The translations under genes were made by a program, and so were the position numbers. A stretch of 63,728 nt of DNA, counting the filler, from Stramenopiles sp. TOSAG23-3 (Eukaryota): the NCBI GenBank assembly GCA_900128585.1. It is 8 parts of 8 records of this genome, joined end to end, with 100 filler letters (N's around TTAATTAATTAA, not from the genome) between each part and the next. Parts side by side here need not be neighbours in the genome. Positions count along the whole stretch, not along the records: positions 8,019 to 15,922 come from LT643088.1; positions 16,023 to 23,917 come from LT643089.1; 6 more parts are not named here. One strand, written 5' to 3'. Of this stretch, positions 10,782 through 22,361 are shown piece by piece. The notes beneath the pieces are model-generated. The model had not been told where the DNA came from. It did not search any database and saw only the letters and a list, made by a program, of their open reading frames with translations. Each line of letters starts with the position of its first letter. Position 1 is the stretch's first letter.

Positions 10782-13067
10782 TTACAACTCGTTGCCGATA
10801 TCTCTCGCATTAGACTTGCTCCTTGTGGCCAACACGTCTTCGTAAGCATACTGTAAAGTCCTCATCAGTGCCTCAACAGCCTTCTTACCAGCGAAAAAGT
10901 TGTTTTGCCCACTGCAACTCAATTCTGGCACAACCCAATGTTTCAAGCCGGCTACCTTTGAAATATAATTGTAGTATGGAAATTTTGCGTCTTTTACGGG
11001 GAACTCAATCAGAGCTGATCCCTTGCGGGCAAACAAAGCATTTGTCAGCCCGGCGCCATGGGGTCCAATTATAACTCCAGCCCTGCTAAAGAGAGCAACT
11101 TGTGCTTCGACTTTCATTGAACCCGGGTCGACAACGTCAAGCAACACGTCGGAATGACTACGACGAAATTCACGAAGAGAATCAAGTATTTCGTCTTCAT
11201 TGTCCACTCTTCGATGTGAAACCGTTACCCGTGCTCGTTGAACGTACAAAATCAAAATTTCTGCCCTCGTGGACGGCTCAATGTGAGAGGCAGCAATCAA
11301 GTTTTTACGCACGGATGCCATCGTTGATTTTCCTGTCGGCGGTAGAAACAAATGGGTGGGCGAAACGTATGGGTCATCCAAAGTGTCTTTTGTGCTGGTA
11401 AACCAGTCGGCAAGGTATAATTCACGGACGTGTAGGCGGACGCTGGGGTCAGTTCCATCGTACCAATGTATTTTAGAGTCTGGAACCCCAAGGATCTTCA
11501 TTATATTTACCGCATGCTTCCTGTTTGGTACAATGTACTTCAAATTTTCCGCCAGACCCACTTGCGAGGAAAAATATTGTTCAAAAATCACGAATCTAGA
11601 AAGCGCCTCTACAATAAAGTGAAAATAGTTTCTCATATTGAACGAGACCAGGGTCGCATACGCATGGTCGTGTAAGTCTATGGTATGCATCTTTCCTTTC
11701 AAAACGCGAAATCCTATGTTTTTTACCCCAGCTAAATAGCTGTGGCCACCGAGGTAAATTTTGCACCCTTTGTACACAGTTCCATGTTGATTTTGAATGT
11801 ATGCGTTCATTATTCGCCCGACTCCATACCACTTTGTTTTGTTGAATACTATTTCCGTTTGCTGCACAGAAACTAACCCGCCATTTTCTCTCGTAAAAAA
11901 TTCGCGGGCAACATGCGGAGAGTCCTCGTGGTCGACATTGCTATTTCCTTTCCTTTGGGAAAAATTTATAATTTCTTTGGCCTCCTTGTTTTCTCGCATT
12001 AAAATTTCTACGCGTTTGTCAGAATCATTAATGCTGGCGCCCCATGCATAAGCTGCCGCTTTCCACTCCCCTTTATCCTCAGAACATTGCTGCTGCGAAT
12101 GTTGAAAGGAAAGTCTATACTGAAGTTCTAAGCGGTAAGCGTCAGAAGCCTCTAGCATATTTCCTCGGTAAAGCTCAAGGTTGCCGATATTGTGGTAACC
12201 AGTAGGGTTCTGGGGTTGCAAATCTCGGGCACGCACGTATGCTTTTTTGGCGGTGGAAGTATCGTCCATCGATTTGGCAACCTCAGCATAGTTCGACCAC
12301 ACTGTCACCAGACCAGGCTTGTTCGTCAGGGCTAACCCGGCAAGCTGTTTCGCCTTTCCCATTTTCTGCTTTCGATCGTCACTGAACGTTGGGAGAAATC
12401 CTGCTTCATGGACCAGTAACATTGCCAATGAAGATTGCGCTAATGCTGCGTTTGGATCAATTTTGATCGCATTTTCACACAGTTGCTTCGCTTTTGTATA
12501 ATTTTTCATCTGGCGCTGTATGTCGCACATGTTTGCTAAAACCATCGAGTCCTCTGGTTGTATATCCAGTGCAAGGCGATAAAAACGCAGCGCCGAAGAA
12601 AAGAACTTCATTTCATGATATACTTGTGCTGCCATCCTCAGTGCGTTTCGATGGGTCGGAATTTCCTCGACCGCCTTTTCAAAATAAGACAGGGCTACCG
12701 CTTTATCCCCTTTAAATTCTCGATAGATCAATCCTAGGTTAGAAAAGGCATTTGCTCTACTTTCTTTGTCCAGGTGCGGTGACACAATCTTGTACATTTT
12801 CATCGCGGTGTTAAAGTGGCCGTCACTATGTTCTGTTATCCCCAGTTTGAAAAACTCCATCGCTGCTTCCGAACGACGGCGACTTGGCAGTTTCTTCAGC
12901 ATTTTAGCAATTTTTTCAAAGCCCTGGGTTATGCGCCTGTACTTGAAATCGCGATGTATTGTGTGCATATTTTCTCGAAACGGCTTCTGCCGCGCACAGA
13001 CTAGAACCGCAAACAGCAAAGTTGCTGCAGCGAAATAGTAAAACTTCATTAAAAAGATTCCTGCCAT
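10782..13067 (-). CDS. Secreted/luminal TPR-repeat protein with GT61 (DUF563) glycosyltransferase domain
   Basis: Signal peptide, multiple TPRs, NYFHFIVEALSR and QVALFSRAGVIIGPHGAGLTNALF. Confidence 0.88.
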   Translation of the reverse strand: MAGIFLMKFYYFAAATLLFAVLVCARQKPFRENMHTIHRDFKYRRITQGFEKIAKMLKKLPSRRRSEAAMEFFKLGITEHSDGHFNTAMKMYKIVSPHLDKESRANAFSNLGLIYREFKGDKAVALSYFEKAVEEIPTHRNALRMAAQVYHEMKFFSSALRFYRLALDIQPEDSMVLANMCDIQRQMKNYTKAKQLCENAIKIDPNAALAQSSLAMLLVHEAGFLPTFSDDRKQKMGKAKQLAGLALTNKPGLVTVWSNYAEVAKSMDDTSTAKKAYVRARDLQPQNPTGYHNIGNLELYRGNMLEASDAYRLELQYRLSFQHSQQQCSEDKGEWKAAAYAWGASINDSDKRVEILMRENKEAKEIINFSQRKGNSNVDHEDSPHVAREFFTRENGGLVSVQQTEIVFNKTKWYGVGRIMNAYIQNQHGTVYKGCKIYLGGHSYLAGVKNIGFRVLKGKMHTIDLHDHAYATLVSFNMRNYFHFIVEALSRFVIFEQYFSSQVGLAENLKYIVPNRKHAVNIMKILGVPDSKIHWYDGTDPSVRLHVRELYLADWFTSTKDTLDDPYVSPTHLFLPPTGKSTMASVRKNLIAASHIEPSTRAEILILYVQRARVTVSHRRVDNEDEILDSLREFRRSHSDVLLDVVDPGSMKVEAQVALFSRAGVIIGPHGAGLTNALFARKGSALIEFPVKDAKFPYYNYISKVAGLKHWVVPELSCSGQNNFFAGKKAVEALMRTLQYAYEDVLATRSKSNARDIGNEL

Positions 13068-13813
13068 GCTGACATGGACACTAACCAGAAACCAAATCTT
13101 CTGTAGGCCCGCCCGTTCAGTTTTTGAAGGTTCGAATGCTCAATATCTCTTTTGTATCGTGGAAATGTTTGGTGTGTTTTCTAAACCAGAAGGGATTTGC
13201 AATGTTTTTGTATTTTGTAATACCAAGTATGATGACAATACAAACCCCACACACACCACCAATTCCAATTTAATTATGTGATGAATTTTCAAAGAAAAAA
13301 CTGCTGCCTGCGGTTGAGTAGTTGTTCTCTTACTACCTTTGGCATTTGATACTGCTGCTGCTATTTCTTTGTTGTTGTCTAAATACCTATAATAATTCAG
13401 CTATCGAGATGTAGTAGTAGTAATTTGTGTTGCTGCTGTGTCAATATTAATTTCTTGATATTCGTCCTCAACATTTTTTTCTTCCCACCATCAATCACCC
13501 TTCTCTCCTCGACGAGGCTCTCCTCTCTCCTCTTCTTCTTCTTCTTCTTTTTTTTTTTTCAAGCAACAAATCTTCTACTAGACCAACAATCATCTATTAT
13601 TACAAATAAATATCTCATCATTATTATTCTTTCCTTCTCTCTTTTCCCACTCATCATTGCCAAATATTGTTTGTGCCAATTAAATTTTATTTCAAGAATA
13701 TAATGCTGTTGTTTTTTCTGAGTTAATTCTTATAAAGTCCAATGCACCGAAAAGAATATTAACCGAGCCGTACATTTAGTTGAGACAAATATTTTGTACA
13801 CTGGTCTTACCGA

Positions 13814-14251
13814 ATGGAGGAGGCCCCTTCTCGTGGTGGAGCAAGTGATATATTTGATTCTGTCTTGAACCTGGAGTCGACGTTCATTCAGAAGGGTCGT
13901 GCAGAGGCAAATTCTGACAAAAAATCTGTAGACTTAGATGCATACGATACGGGCAAAAGATACGGCGAAGAAATCGGGTATGAACTAGGTTTTATTTCAG
14001 GGGTAGTGTCAGTGTTGGAAGAACGCGCGATGGTCGAAGAGCACAGCTCCACCCCAGCAAGGCAAGAGCGCGCGTTGCGGACAATACACATTCTGAAGCA
14101 GAACATTCGTTCATTACCTTTAGAAAATCCCGACGACCCCAGCTTTACGGAACGGTTGAATGATATTAGGATAGGCTACAAGAAAGCACGGGCACTGTTA
14201 GGAGTATGGCAGAAAGCGGAACAAAGCTCTGCGGGCAGCCTCGATTTTTAG
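13814..14251 (+). CDS. LTO1/ORAOV1-like protein (Yae1-N GxxxG repeats)
   Basis: DIFDSVLNLESTFIQKG and GKRYGEEIGYELGFISG. Confidence 0.75.
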   Translation: MEEAPSRGGASDIFDSVLNLESTFIQKGRAEANSDKKSVDLDAYDTGKRYGEEIGYELGFISGVVSVLEERAMVEEHSSTPARQERALRTIHILKQNIRSLPLENPDDPSFTERLNDIRIGYKKARALLGVWQKAEQSSAGSLDF

Positions 14252-14499
14252 ACATCAGAGGCACGCCGCCGCGCAAGACTGCCCTGTGTCTTTTTGGCTG
14301 CGCATAATTTTGAGGCATCGCAGGAGGTTCGCCAATTTTTATAACCAAATTTTTTTATTTGGGTGGTGAGCTGTAAATATTAAAAAAACAAATTATATAG
14401 TATGTTGGAGCTGTAAATATTTCTTTAAAATGTGGTATAAATTATACGAACAAAGAGATTTTTTTTATTTCAACACTAACAGGGGCGTAACTCCTCTCT

Positions 14500-15922
14500 T
14501 TACTCTTCCTCTCCCAGCACGTCATCTTTCTGCTTATCTAATTTATCCATGAGGTAATCAGTGTCTCCACGATCTGGCCGGGTAGTGCCTCCAAATGTTA
14601 TGGCACCGTTTGCATCATGAGCATCTTTGCCTTTAGACTTCCAAATTCCAGCAGTATCAAAGATTTGGTAAACCTTCGCTTTCAATTCTGCAGCACTGAT
14701 CTGAAGACTCCGTTTGACCCTTCGACGAGGGTAAACTATCTTGAAGTTCAGCAAATAACCAATCTTTTTGTCGTACTCAATGTATATGTGTGGCTTCGTG
14801 CCTCCGTATTCTTTATATTCTTCTTCCCGCCAACCCAATCGGACAAATTCGTTCGTAACGTTTTTGATGTGTTCTTCATACGTTTTGTCCTTATCAAGCA
14901 GCATCCTATCCAATTTTGTAACGTGAATAGGTCGGTTTACTTGCTCATAGACCGTGATCATTCCTGCTGCTTTGTACTTCCAATTTCTCAGAATACGGAC
15001 TGTGATGTAGGCGAAAAGCCACCATATGAACATATTGTAGACAAAATATGCCGCTGGAGTATTCCTCATCATCGGTTCAACGAATGCACGCATCCAATTC
15101 GTACTTACGACTGTCCATTCTCCAGTGACACGATCTAAAATATCGAAGGACAATCCTCCTACTACGAAAATTTGCATCAGTTCCAGTACCGTGTTGTTCC
15201 GTTGGTGCACACCTTGGACGCCAACTAAGTCTTTCAGCGACACGTCTGTGCTATACATCAATGTACTGTGCTGGTACTCTGCCACGTTGTCGCTCATCTG
15301 TTTAAGAAGATCACGGTCGTGAAACGTCCCGACAATGTTCTTGTTTAGATCCTGCACACGAGCGCCCAGTGCAATTTTGGCATCGTTTATTTGAAGTCTA
15401 GCATACAAGCTGCGACCAGCTTGCTCAGGTGGTTCCGGGGGCACTGGCATAATTGAGAGTGCCTCTGTGATGTAACCCAGCACCTCTTCCATCATAATCA
15501 AGTCTCGAGTGACATTGACGATCATGTTTCTGATTTTAATCAGGGAATTGGGGTCTTCCTGAGACACAGTAATCTTAGCGCGGGCTTCCTTCATATCGTC
15601 CATCACAATGAACATGCGCGCAAAATAATTTCGAACAAATAGATCCAGCGCAGCGAACGCAATGTACGAACACAAAAGAGGTTCGTGGTGCCTTGCGTTC
15701 GGTCCTGCAACGAGCAGGCCAGATGCCCCAAATATTAGTGTGTCGTGCTCACTGATATCAAAAGCAGCTCGGGTATCACCCAATACTTGCTTTAGCTCAT
15801 TTTCGTACTCCCCTTTGTCCATGTACTCTTCTGCAGTTAAGTGCGGCGTGATTTCGTTCGCAACTAGCAGGTTCACTTTGTCACGCGCAGGCGCATCTCC
15901 GAGGTATATCAGGTTCATCAGT
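14500..15922 (-). CDS. 5'-truncated conserved hypothetical protein; coiled-coil followed by 2 TM helices (CorA-like topology)
   Basis: Long open frame running into the linker; two hydrophobic segments near the C-terminus. Confidence 0.7.
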
Positions 15923-16022
15923 NNNNNNNNNNNNNNNNNNNNNNNNNNNNNNNNNNNNNNNNNNNNTTAATTAATTAANNNNNNNNNNNNNNNNNNNNNN
16001 NNNNNNNNNNNNNNNNNNNNNN

Positions 16023-16100
16023 ATAATTTTATATACCAACAGAGCATTGGTCATTTTTGGTCATAATTTTATATACCAACAGAGCATTGGTCATTTTTGG
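16023..16100. repeat. 40-nt tandem duplication at contig start
   Basis: ATAATTTTATATACCAACAGAGCATTGGTCATTTTTGG present twice. Confidence 0.85.
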
Positions 16101-17325
16101 AATACAATAACTACAACGTCGTGGTTTGCTTTTTGTGCCTTTGTTCCTTTACAAATATAGCAAAAGCCAATGCTGGGAGGGTGAACGAAACCCCCCCCAC
16201 CCCCACCACAGAAGCTGAAGCAAGGAAACGAAAGAAAAAAGTCTCCTCTCGATAATTAAGGAATATATAATATATATACAAGCAATAATTATAAAGTATA
16301 AAGATAGAATTATTAGATTTAATTTACTACGTTTTCATTATGTTTACAGTACCTTATTTAAATTGTTGTTTTTTTGTTTTGTTTTGGATAATTAAATCCG
16401 AAGTGATATGTATGTGTGATGTGTGATGACGCAAGTAAAACTTTCCTCAAAAACCTCACTTCTTCATCTTATTTTAATGTTCCACTGTTTCTATTGTACT
16501 GTAGTAGTCTTTCGTCTTCGTATTATTTATTTTCCGTTGTCGTTCGTTTTAATTAAAATCAATCGATATTTTATATAATTCAAGTAAATAAAATTGGGAA
16601 AAAGAAGAGAAAGTGACAGACGCGCCGAATCCTACACCCAGACAAAATAAAAAGAAAATAAACACTTCCTACCATGTAAAGTGTACATAGGACCGACCGA
16701 TCGTATTCAAAGCCCCAGCAAAAGTACGAATTTGGCTAATCTTCCTGTTATTACGATGTAACGTGTACATAGGAACGACCGGGAACAAGCAACAAAGGGA
16801 TTGGTCCGTACAACCAACCCTATTTCGAACACTTCGTAATTGTAATAATGTTAAGATTAGGGTTCTTCATTCTTCTCGGTTGAAATGATCCAAGTATGTC
16901 ATACTAAACTGTATTCTTTTTATTGGCAAACATTAGCAGGTAAATAGGCTCATTTCAACGCAACAACAAAATTCGAAATGTTGTTGTGTGGAGTGTGGAG
17001 TGTGGAGACATCATATTATCATCATATAAATCATAATATAAAAATAAAAAAAATAATAAAAAAATATTTTTTTATTATTAATTATTATTATATTTTATTA
17101 CGTATTATAATAATTTGTTTTTTGAATTATTTTTTTGTATTATTTATTATGTTTCAGTTGTGAAAAATAATTGTGGTATGAATTTCAAACCTTGACTCTC
17201 GGTTGGTGTAAACTAGTACAGCTGCGTTATCTCCTTTCGTTACCCCCCAGAAAAACTCTGCATTTGTATACCACGTTAGTGTACATACAGTTTTTTATCT
17301 GTTCAGAGAACGACAGAGGCACACT

Positions 17326-18123
17326 ATGTTACCGCCAAACATTACGGAGGGTGGGCAGGCCGGTTCTCCTTACCGGTACCAACACACGAACACGACGGTC
17401 CTTGCTGGAAGCGGGGCGGGTGGTTCGCACGCGGCGCAGCTGAAGACGTATTTCGGACGCCTGCTAAACATCAAACAGATGGACTGGGACTATACGTTTT
17501 CGCAAATGATGTACTTGGTCGTTCACCCAGGAAACGTGTACACGCTGAGCCAGTACCGGCACCGCACGAAGAACCAGTGGGCGAGAGACGACCCTGCATT
17601 TCTGTTAGTCCTGACTTTTTTCATATTGGTGTCGTCCATTGCATACGGCGTTGCGTTCTCCGCTACCACGTTTGCAGATGTCTTGATCCTATCATTCTAC
17701 GGCCTGGTATCGTTCATTGGGTCTGGGATGGCCATCGCAACTCTCTGCTGGCACGTCGCAAACTCACACATGCGGGTCAACGACCCCCACGGCGCGGAGC
17801 AGACGGTAGAGTGGCTGTACGCGTTCGACATACACTGCAATGCGTTCTTTACCATGTTTTTGGTGACACACGTGCTCCAGTACCTTATGCTACCATTCTT
17901 GTTGCACCAATCGTTTTTGGCGTGCGTCGTTGCAAACACGCTGCACACGTTTGGGGCGATATGCTACACGTACATTACGCACCTAGGGTACCGTTCCATG
18001 TCTTTCCTTGACCGCACGCAACTGTTTCTATACCCCATTGGAATTGTGCTTTTTCTGTGGTTTCTCACGGTGCTGTTAAAGTTGAACATGACGCGCATTT
18101 TTCTTTGGGTATATTTCGGTTGA
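17326..18123 (+). CDS. UNC50: UNC-50/GMH1 Golgi membrane protein
   Basis: QMDWDYTFSQM, TKNQWARDDPAF, VEWLYAFDIHCNAFF. Confidence 0.95.
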   Translation: MLPPNITEGGQAGSPYRYQHTNTTVLAGSGAGGSHAAQLKTYFGRLLNIKQMDWDYTFSQMMYLVVHPGNVYTLSQYRHRTKNQWARDDPAFLLVLTFFILVSSIAYGVAFSATTFADVLILSFYGLVSFIGSGMAIATLCWHVANSHMRVNDPHGAEQTVEWLYAFDIHCNAFFTMFLVTHVLQYLMLPFLLHQSFLACVVANTLHTFGAICYTYITHLGYRSMSFLDRTQLFLYPIGIVLFLWFLTVLLKLNMTRIFLWVYFG

Positions 18124-18546
18124 ATCGAAAGATAATTGGATGATAAAACAAGGCTGGGTGGATGGAAAGAAGCCCTGCGTGCGACGGAGACGCGGCCGGG
18201 TGCCGGTCCGTACAGCGTGGCTCGGTCGCGGGCAGTGCCGGATTTTTGTTCGGCATTTTGCTGCACTGCCGCCACGGCGGTCTGGGTTGCGGTGGTTAAC
18301 AAACGGTGAAACGAGTATTTTTCAAAACGCACTGAGGGACGCAATTTTGAAACTTTTCTTTTCGTAAAAGTAAGTGCTACCTCTCTCCTTAAATATAAGA
18401 GTAATATTTAATTAAGAAATCATTAAATCTTAAAAACAAAAATGCATTTTGGGTTTTTATTATTGAAGTAAAATGTTTCTGTAAACTTAAACTTAAGAGT
18501 TAATTGTAAAAAAACCCTCGATATAGAAACGTCTAAGCCTACCTTT

Positions 18547-19593
18547 TCAGAGCAGCGTTGCTTTGGGCACGTGACTTTCGGCAACCGTCTCGTTCCCCAG
18601 CAACACATCCCTTTGGACCGCAGCAGAAATCCAATAGAGGGGCAAAATGTATTTGTGCGACGCGGGGTTTGCCGCCACGCTGTATGAGTTACGACTCTCG
18701 CTGGCCTGGAATCGGCCGAGTAAAACGGAGCAGGCGACGATCATGATGAACCCTACCACGAACGCGATCGATTGGGCATTGCTGTGTTGCATCCCCCCCA
18801 TGGCAAATGCATAGCTAATTTGGGCGTCCTGATCCCAGGGGCTAATTGCCAAGCAGACAGATACACAACAGAGCAGCCCGATCCGGGCAGAATTCGACAG
18901 CATTGGCTGTTTACTGCGCCCGATCCGTTTGCGCTTCTTCTTGCCGTCCTGGGTCTTCTCTAAGTAAAAATCGCTGCTACGCTCCTTCTCTAGCAACTCG
19001 CCCAGCAGGAACACTTCGTTCTCTAACGTAGCTATTCTCTCGTCTTTCCCATGGATGATCTTGAGCAACCGCTTTACCTCCACTTCGAGCTCCTTCAACC
19101 GCATTTTCCGTTTTATGCGAGAATTTGCCGCGGCAATACGGTTCCGTTCCTTTCGCTCCGCATCCGTAAAGTTCTTGCTCCCTTTCAGCTTTTCTGGCTT
19201 TTTCAGCAGCGCCTGCTTCACATCGGCAAATTTCATCTTCTGTGGGGCAGCGATGACGTCTGGAAAATCACTCTTCTCCAAATGTTCTAAAAGTTTTTCC
19301 CAGTCATCTTCGTCGTGTTCGTCTTCTTGCAAGTCGTATGAGAGTTCCGAGAAGGACCGTTCCATCGCTGCCACCGGCGCGCAAAGCGGCATGCCCAAGC
19401 ACTCACCGTCGTCCTTCGACAAGTCTGTCTCGTCATCTTCGTTCATCTCAGGCGACGCGTTCGCCGAGCTCGTAGGATATGTAGAGTCAGAGTCGGAACT
19501 AAACGAACGCGCGAGTTTTATGTCAAAAGTACCGGTCAACATTGTTCCATTATCAAGTGATTCGAATTCGACGGGAAGTATTGGCGTCGCCAT
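18547..19593 (-). CDS. bZIP transcription factor with C-terminal membrane segments
   Basis: RKERNRIAAANSRIKRK plus Leu zipper; KKKRKR; hydrophobic IGLLCCVSVCLAI and IAFVVGFIMIVACSVLL. Confidence 0.85.
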   Translation of the reverse strand: MATPILPVEFESLDNGTMLTGTFDIKLARSFSSDSDSTYPTSSANASPEMNEDDETDLSKDDGECLGMPLCAPVAAMERSFSELSYDLQEDEHDEDDWEKLLEHLEKSDFPDVIAAPQKMKFADVKQALLKKPEKLKGSKNFTDAERKERNRIAAANSRIKRKMRLKELEVEVKRLLKIIHGKDERIATLENEVFLLGELLEKERSSDFYLEKTQDGKKKRKRIGRSKQPMLSNSARIGLLCCVSVCLAISPWDQDAQISYAFAMGGMQHSNAQSIAFVVGFIMIVACSVLLGRFQASESRNSYSVAANPASHKYILPLYWISAAVQRDVLLGNETVAESHVPKATLL

Positions 19594-20016
19594 GTTTGCT
19601 TGCCTTTCGTGAGTGCTTTCTGTTGTGTTCGTTCTGCACTTGTAACCTAAAAGGTAACTGGTTCGGTTTGTTATTTTATTTGGTCTTTTTTCTCCTATGA
19701 TCTTGTAACTCGTCGTTCATTAAAAAATTAATCACGTTCGGTCTAACAGATCTTGCGGTTTCAATCGATGTATCGTTTTACGATTAGTTCCATTATATCT
19801 GTTCTGCAAAAACCTGGGGGTGGGTTGAAGCCATCGTGTTATTTATCATTATACCAAGGTACCGGTACCTTGGAATAGGTATAGTAAGTAGTATAAATAA
19901 TAAAATAAAAAAAAATAATAATAATAATACAAATAATTATTTTGCCCTACTACCGCCTCCTACTACACTACCACATGAACGATAAAAAAAATACCTCCTC
20001 CTCCTCTATTGTTTAT

Positions 20017-20097
20017 TACAGGTAATACAATGGAAGAAGAAGAAAAAAAGAGATGAAAATGATGATATTTTTTTCTTCTTCCATTGTATTACCTGTA
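20017..20097. repeat. Perfect 25-bp inverted repeat with 31-nt loop
   Basis: TACAGGTAATACAATGGAAGAAGAA (20017-20041) and its exact reverse complement (20073-20097). Confidence 0.9.
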
Positions 20098-20744
20098 TTT
20101 AAAATACAACATTTTGTTTTTTTGGTAGAATTTTCTGAGAATTATTCAACGATGATGAATATAATAAGCACACCATCTGAAAACCGGTTGTTAATACTTT
20201 CTACGTGGTAGTATTTTTTTTATATCCTCCTCCTGTGCGTGAATGAAACAAAATACAATGCTGTGTTTATATAATTTGAAATTTAGGTGGTGGTCAAAGG
20301 TCAAAGGTCAAAGGCGGAATTCCAGTTAACCCTGTTCATAACACTAAGTAGATAGTTTTTGTGACGTGTTTTCTGTATAACCCTAATATATAAAACTATC
20401 TAAAACCCGTACCAATAAACCTAATCCTAAAACACAATCGTAGTAGTAATACAATGTATTTACTTTTATGATTTATGATGTCAAATTAATTCCGCCTATC
20501 AGCATTGTCAACACCAAGTATAAATATGTAGTAGTAATAATAATGGGAGGAGCGAGGTTTGTTGTGATTTGACTTCTGTGAAGAAAGGTGATTAGTATAA
20601 ATATGTTCTACTTTTTCCAATACGTAGACAAATAATGAATGAAATGAAAATGATATTGCCCATGTTGCTCTCTGCCATCCATCATTGCACGCAGATCGTC
20701 CCCGCCGTCGTGGTACTCTCACAGCGCAGTGCGATTAATATACA

Positions 20745-21665
20745 ATGGGGATTATTAAACGTATCCTTACGGCATCGTTTTGGGTGCCGACGACTTTCTT
20801 GTTGCTGCAATCGGACCTGACGTGGTTTTACTTTCTTACCCTTGTTTGTGCGTTGGGCACGACAGAGTACTTCAATACGATTGCACATGGTTTGCGAAAA
20901 AACGTATGTACATCGTCGCGCATGTACGGACAAAAGAACCCGAAAGAAAACCAAATGATCCTGATTGCACTCGGGGTATGCCTCAGTTTGGTTGCCTCCA
21001 TGGGCTCTGCGACTATGTTTAGCAGTGCGACTGTGTTTACCATGCTGTCGGTCCTCGGGTACCATTTTGCCCTTCGTTGGCTTCCCCTGGGAAACGAAAA
21101 CGCCTCCCCCACTGCCGCTGACGTGGCATTTTTTTTGATCGATTTGCTTGGCATGATCCTAGTGCCTTGGGGGTTTTCGCACCTAAGCCTCCTAAGGGGG
21201 CACCAAGAGTACGGTCTGGCGTACACCGCGATCACCATTGGGGCCGCGTGGAGTGCAGACACTGGCGCGTTGTTCTTCGGGAAAATGTTTGGCCGGTACA
21301 CCCCACGCCTGATGCCCGCCATCAGCCCGAACAAAACAGTGGCCGGATTTGCCGGCGCTATTTTAAGTAGCGTTGGAGTCCTGTTTCTCGTGTCCTACCT
21401 TGCATCTATTGGTATGTTCTTTCCGATTCCAAAGATGCTGAATTGGCACAGCACGACCCGAGCCTCCGACCTGGCGGTGGTCGGCGTTGTCTTCGGTCTA
21501 ACTAGCGTGGTTGGCGACGCGATCGAGTCGGTGTTGAAACGTGCCAGCGAAATCAAAGATTCTGGGGAGTTTTTTCCGGGGCATGGCGGATTCCTGGACA
21601 AAATTGACAGTATAACCATGACGGCAATAGTGTTTTACCATTTTGTGGCCCCACTACTGGAGTAA
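20745..21665 (+). CDS. Phosphatidate cytidylyltransferase (CDP-DAG synthase)
   Basis: DTGALFFGKMFG, ISPNKTVAG, KRASEIKDSGEFFPGHGGFLDKIDS. Confidence 0.93.
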   Translation: MGIIKRILTASFWVPTTFLLLQSDLTWFYFLTLVCALGTTEYFNTIAHGLRKNVCTSSRMYGQKNPKENQMILIALGVCLSLVASMGSATMFSSATVFTMLSVLGYHFALRWLPLGNENASPTAADVAFFLIDLLGMILVPWGFSHLSLLRGHQEYGLAYTAITIGAAWSADTGALFFGKMFGRYTPRLMPAISPNKTVAGFAGAILSSVGVLFLVSYLASIGMFFPIPKMLNWHSTTRASDLAVVGVVFGLTSVVGDAIESVLKRASEIKDSGEFFPGHGGFLDKIDSITMTAIVFYHFVAPLLE

Positions 21666-22061
21666 TTTGACGTTGAAAAAAAACAGCGGCATTTTATGTT
21701 GCTGCCCATCTCCTAGGTAACAGATTCATCAAAACGAAATGGTATCTTATGTATGAAAAAAACAAATTATATATAGTATGTTTTAAGTCAAAAAAGAAAA
21801 GAAAAAAGAATGTAAAACCGTTCAAGAACCCAAACTCCTCCCTGTTCCAGAATAAGACAACGTGATAATTTACTTCGTACTCTTTAACAATTGAAGCTTT
21901 TGGTAATATAATTAAGGCCGTACGGTAAGACCATATCTATAAACTGTATTGTAAATAATTTTTGTACACCGACTTGGAATGGAGTTCGAAGTGGGATCCT
22001 CTGGCGCTTCGAATGGTGGTGCAAATTTGCACAATATTACTGAGCACCGCCTTTTCCCTCC

Positions 22062-22361
22062 TTACAGTCCGTCCTTTTGCCTTGCAGCTTTCAAAGACTC
22101 TTGCAAGAGATACTTTTTCTTCCTGCAAGCACTAATACTATGCTCCGAACGTAAAACAAAATTAAAGAAAAACGGCATTACGACAAGAGCAACCTTCCCA
22201 GACACCCCAAGCTTCGTCCGAAATCCGGTGTGAAACTTGTTGAGCCCTAAAACCACAGCAGAAGCAATACCACCAGCTGTCACGGCAGCGACAACGCCAT
22301 CCTGTAGCGCTTCGTTTGAGCACTCTCGGTTGAATAACCGACGGGCCTCATCTTGGTTCAT
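22062..22361 (-). CDS. Small 2-TM protein, ENOD93/Rcf-like (putatively mitochondrial)
   Basis: 99-aa ORF with two TM helices; FRTKLGVSGKVALVVMP. Confidence 0.6.
   Translation of the reverse strand: MNQDEARRLFNRECSNEALQDGVVAAVTAGGIASAVVLGLNKFHTGFRTKLGVSGKVALVVMPFFFNFVLRSEHSISACRKKKYLLQESLKAARQKDGL

Noticed and set aside
16674-16781. CRISPR-like repeat-spacer
   Set aside because: Only two copies, eukaryotic context, no cas genes
20291-20430. (GGTCAAA)3 and isolated AACCCTAA/TTAGGG telomere-like words
   Set aside because: Too short and too few to separate from background
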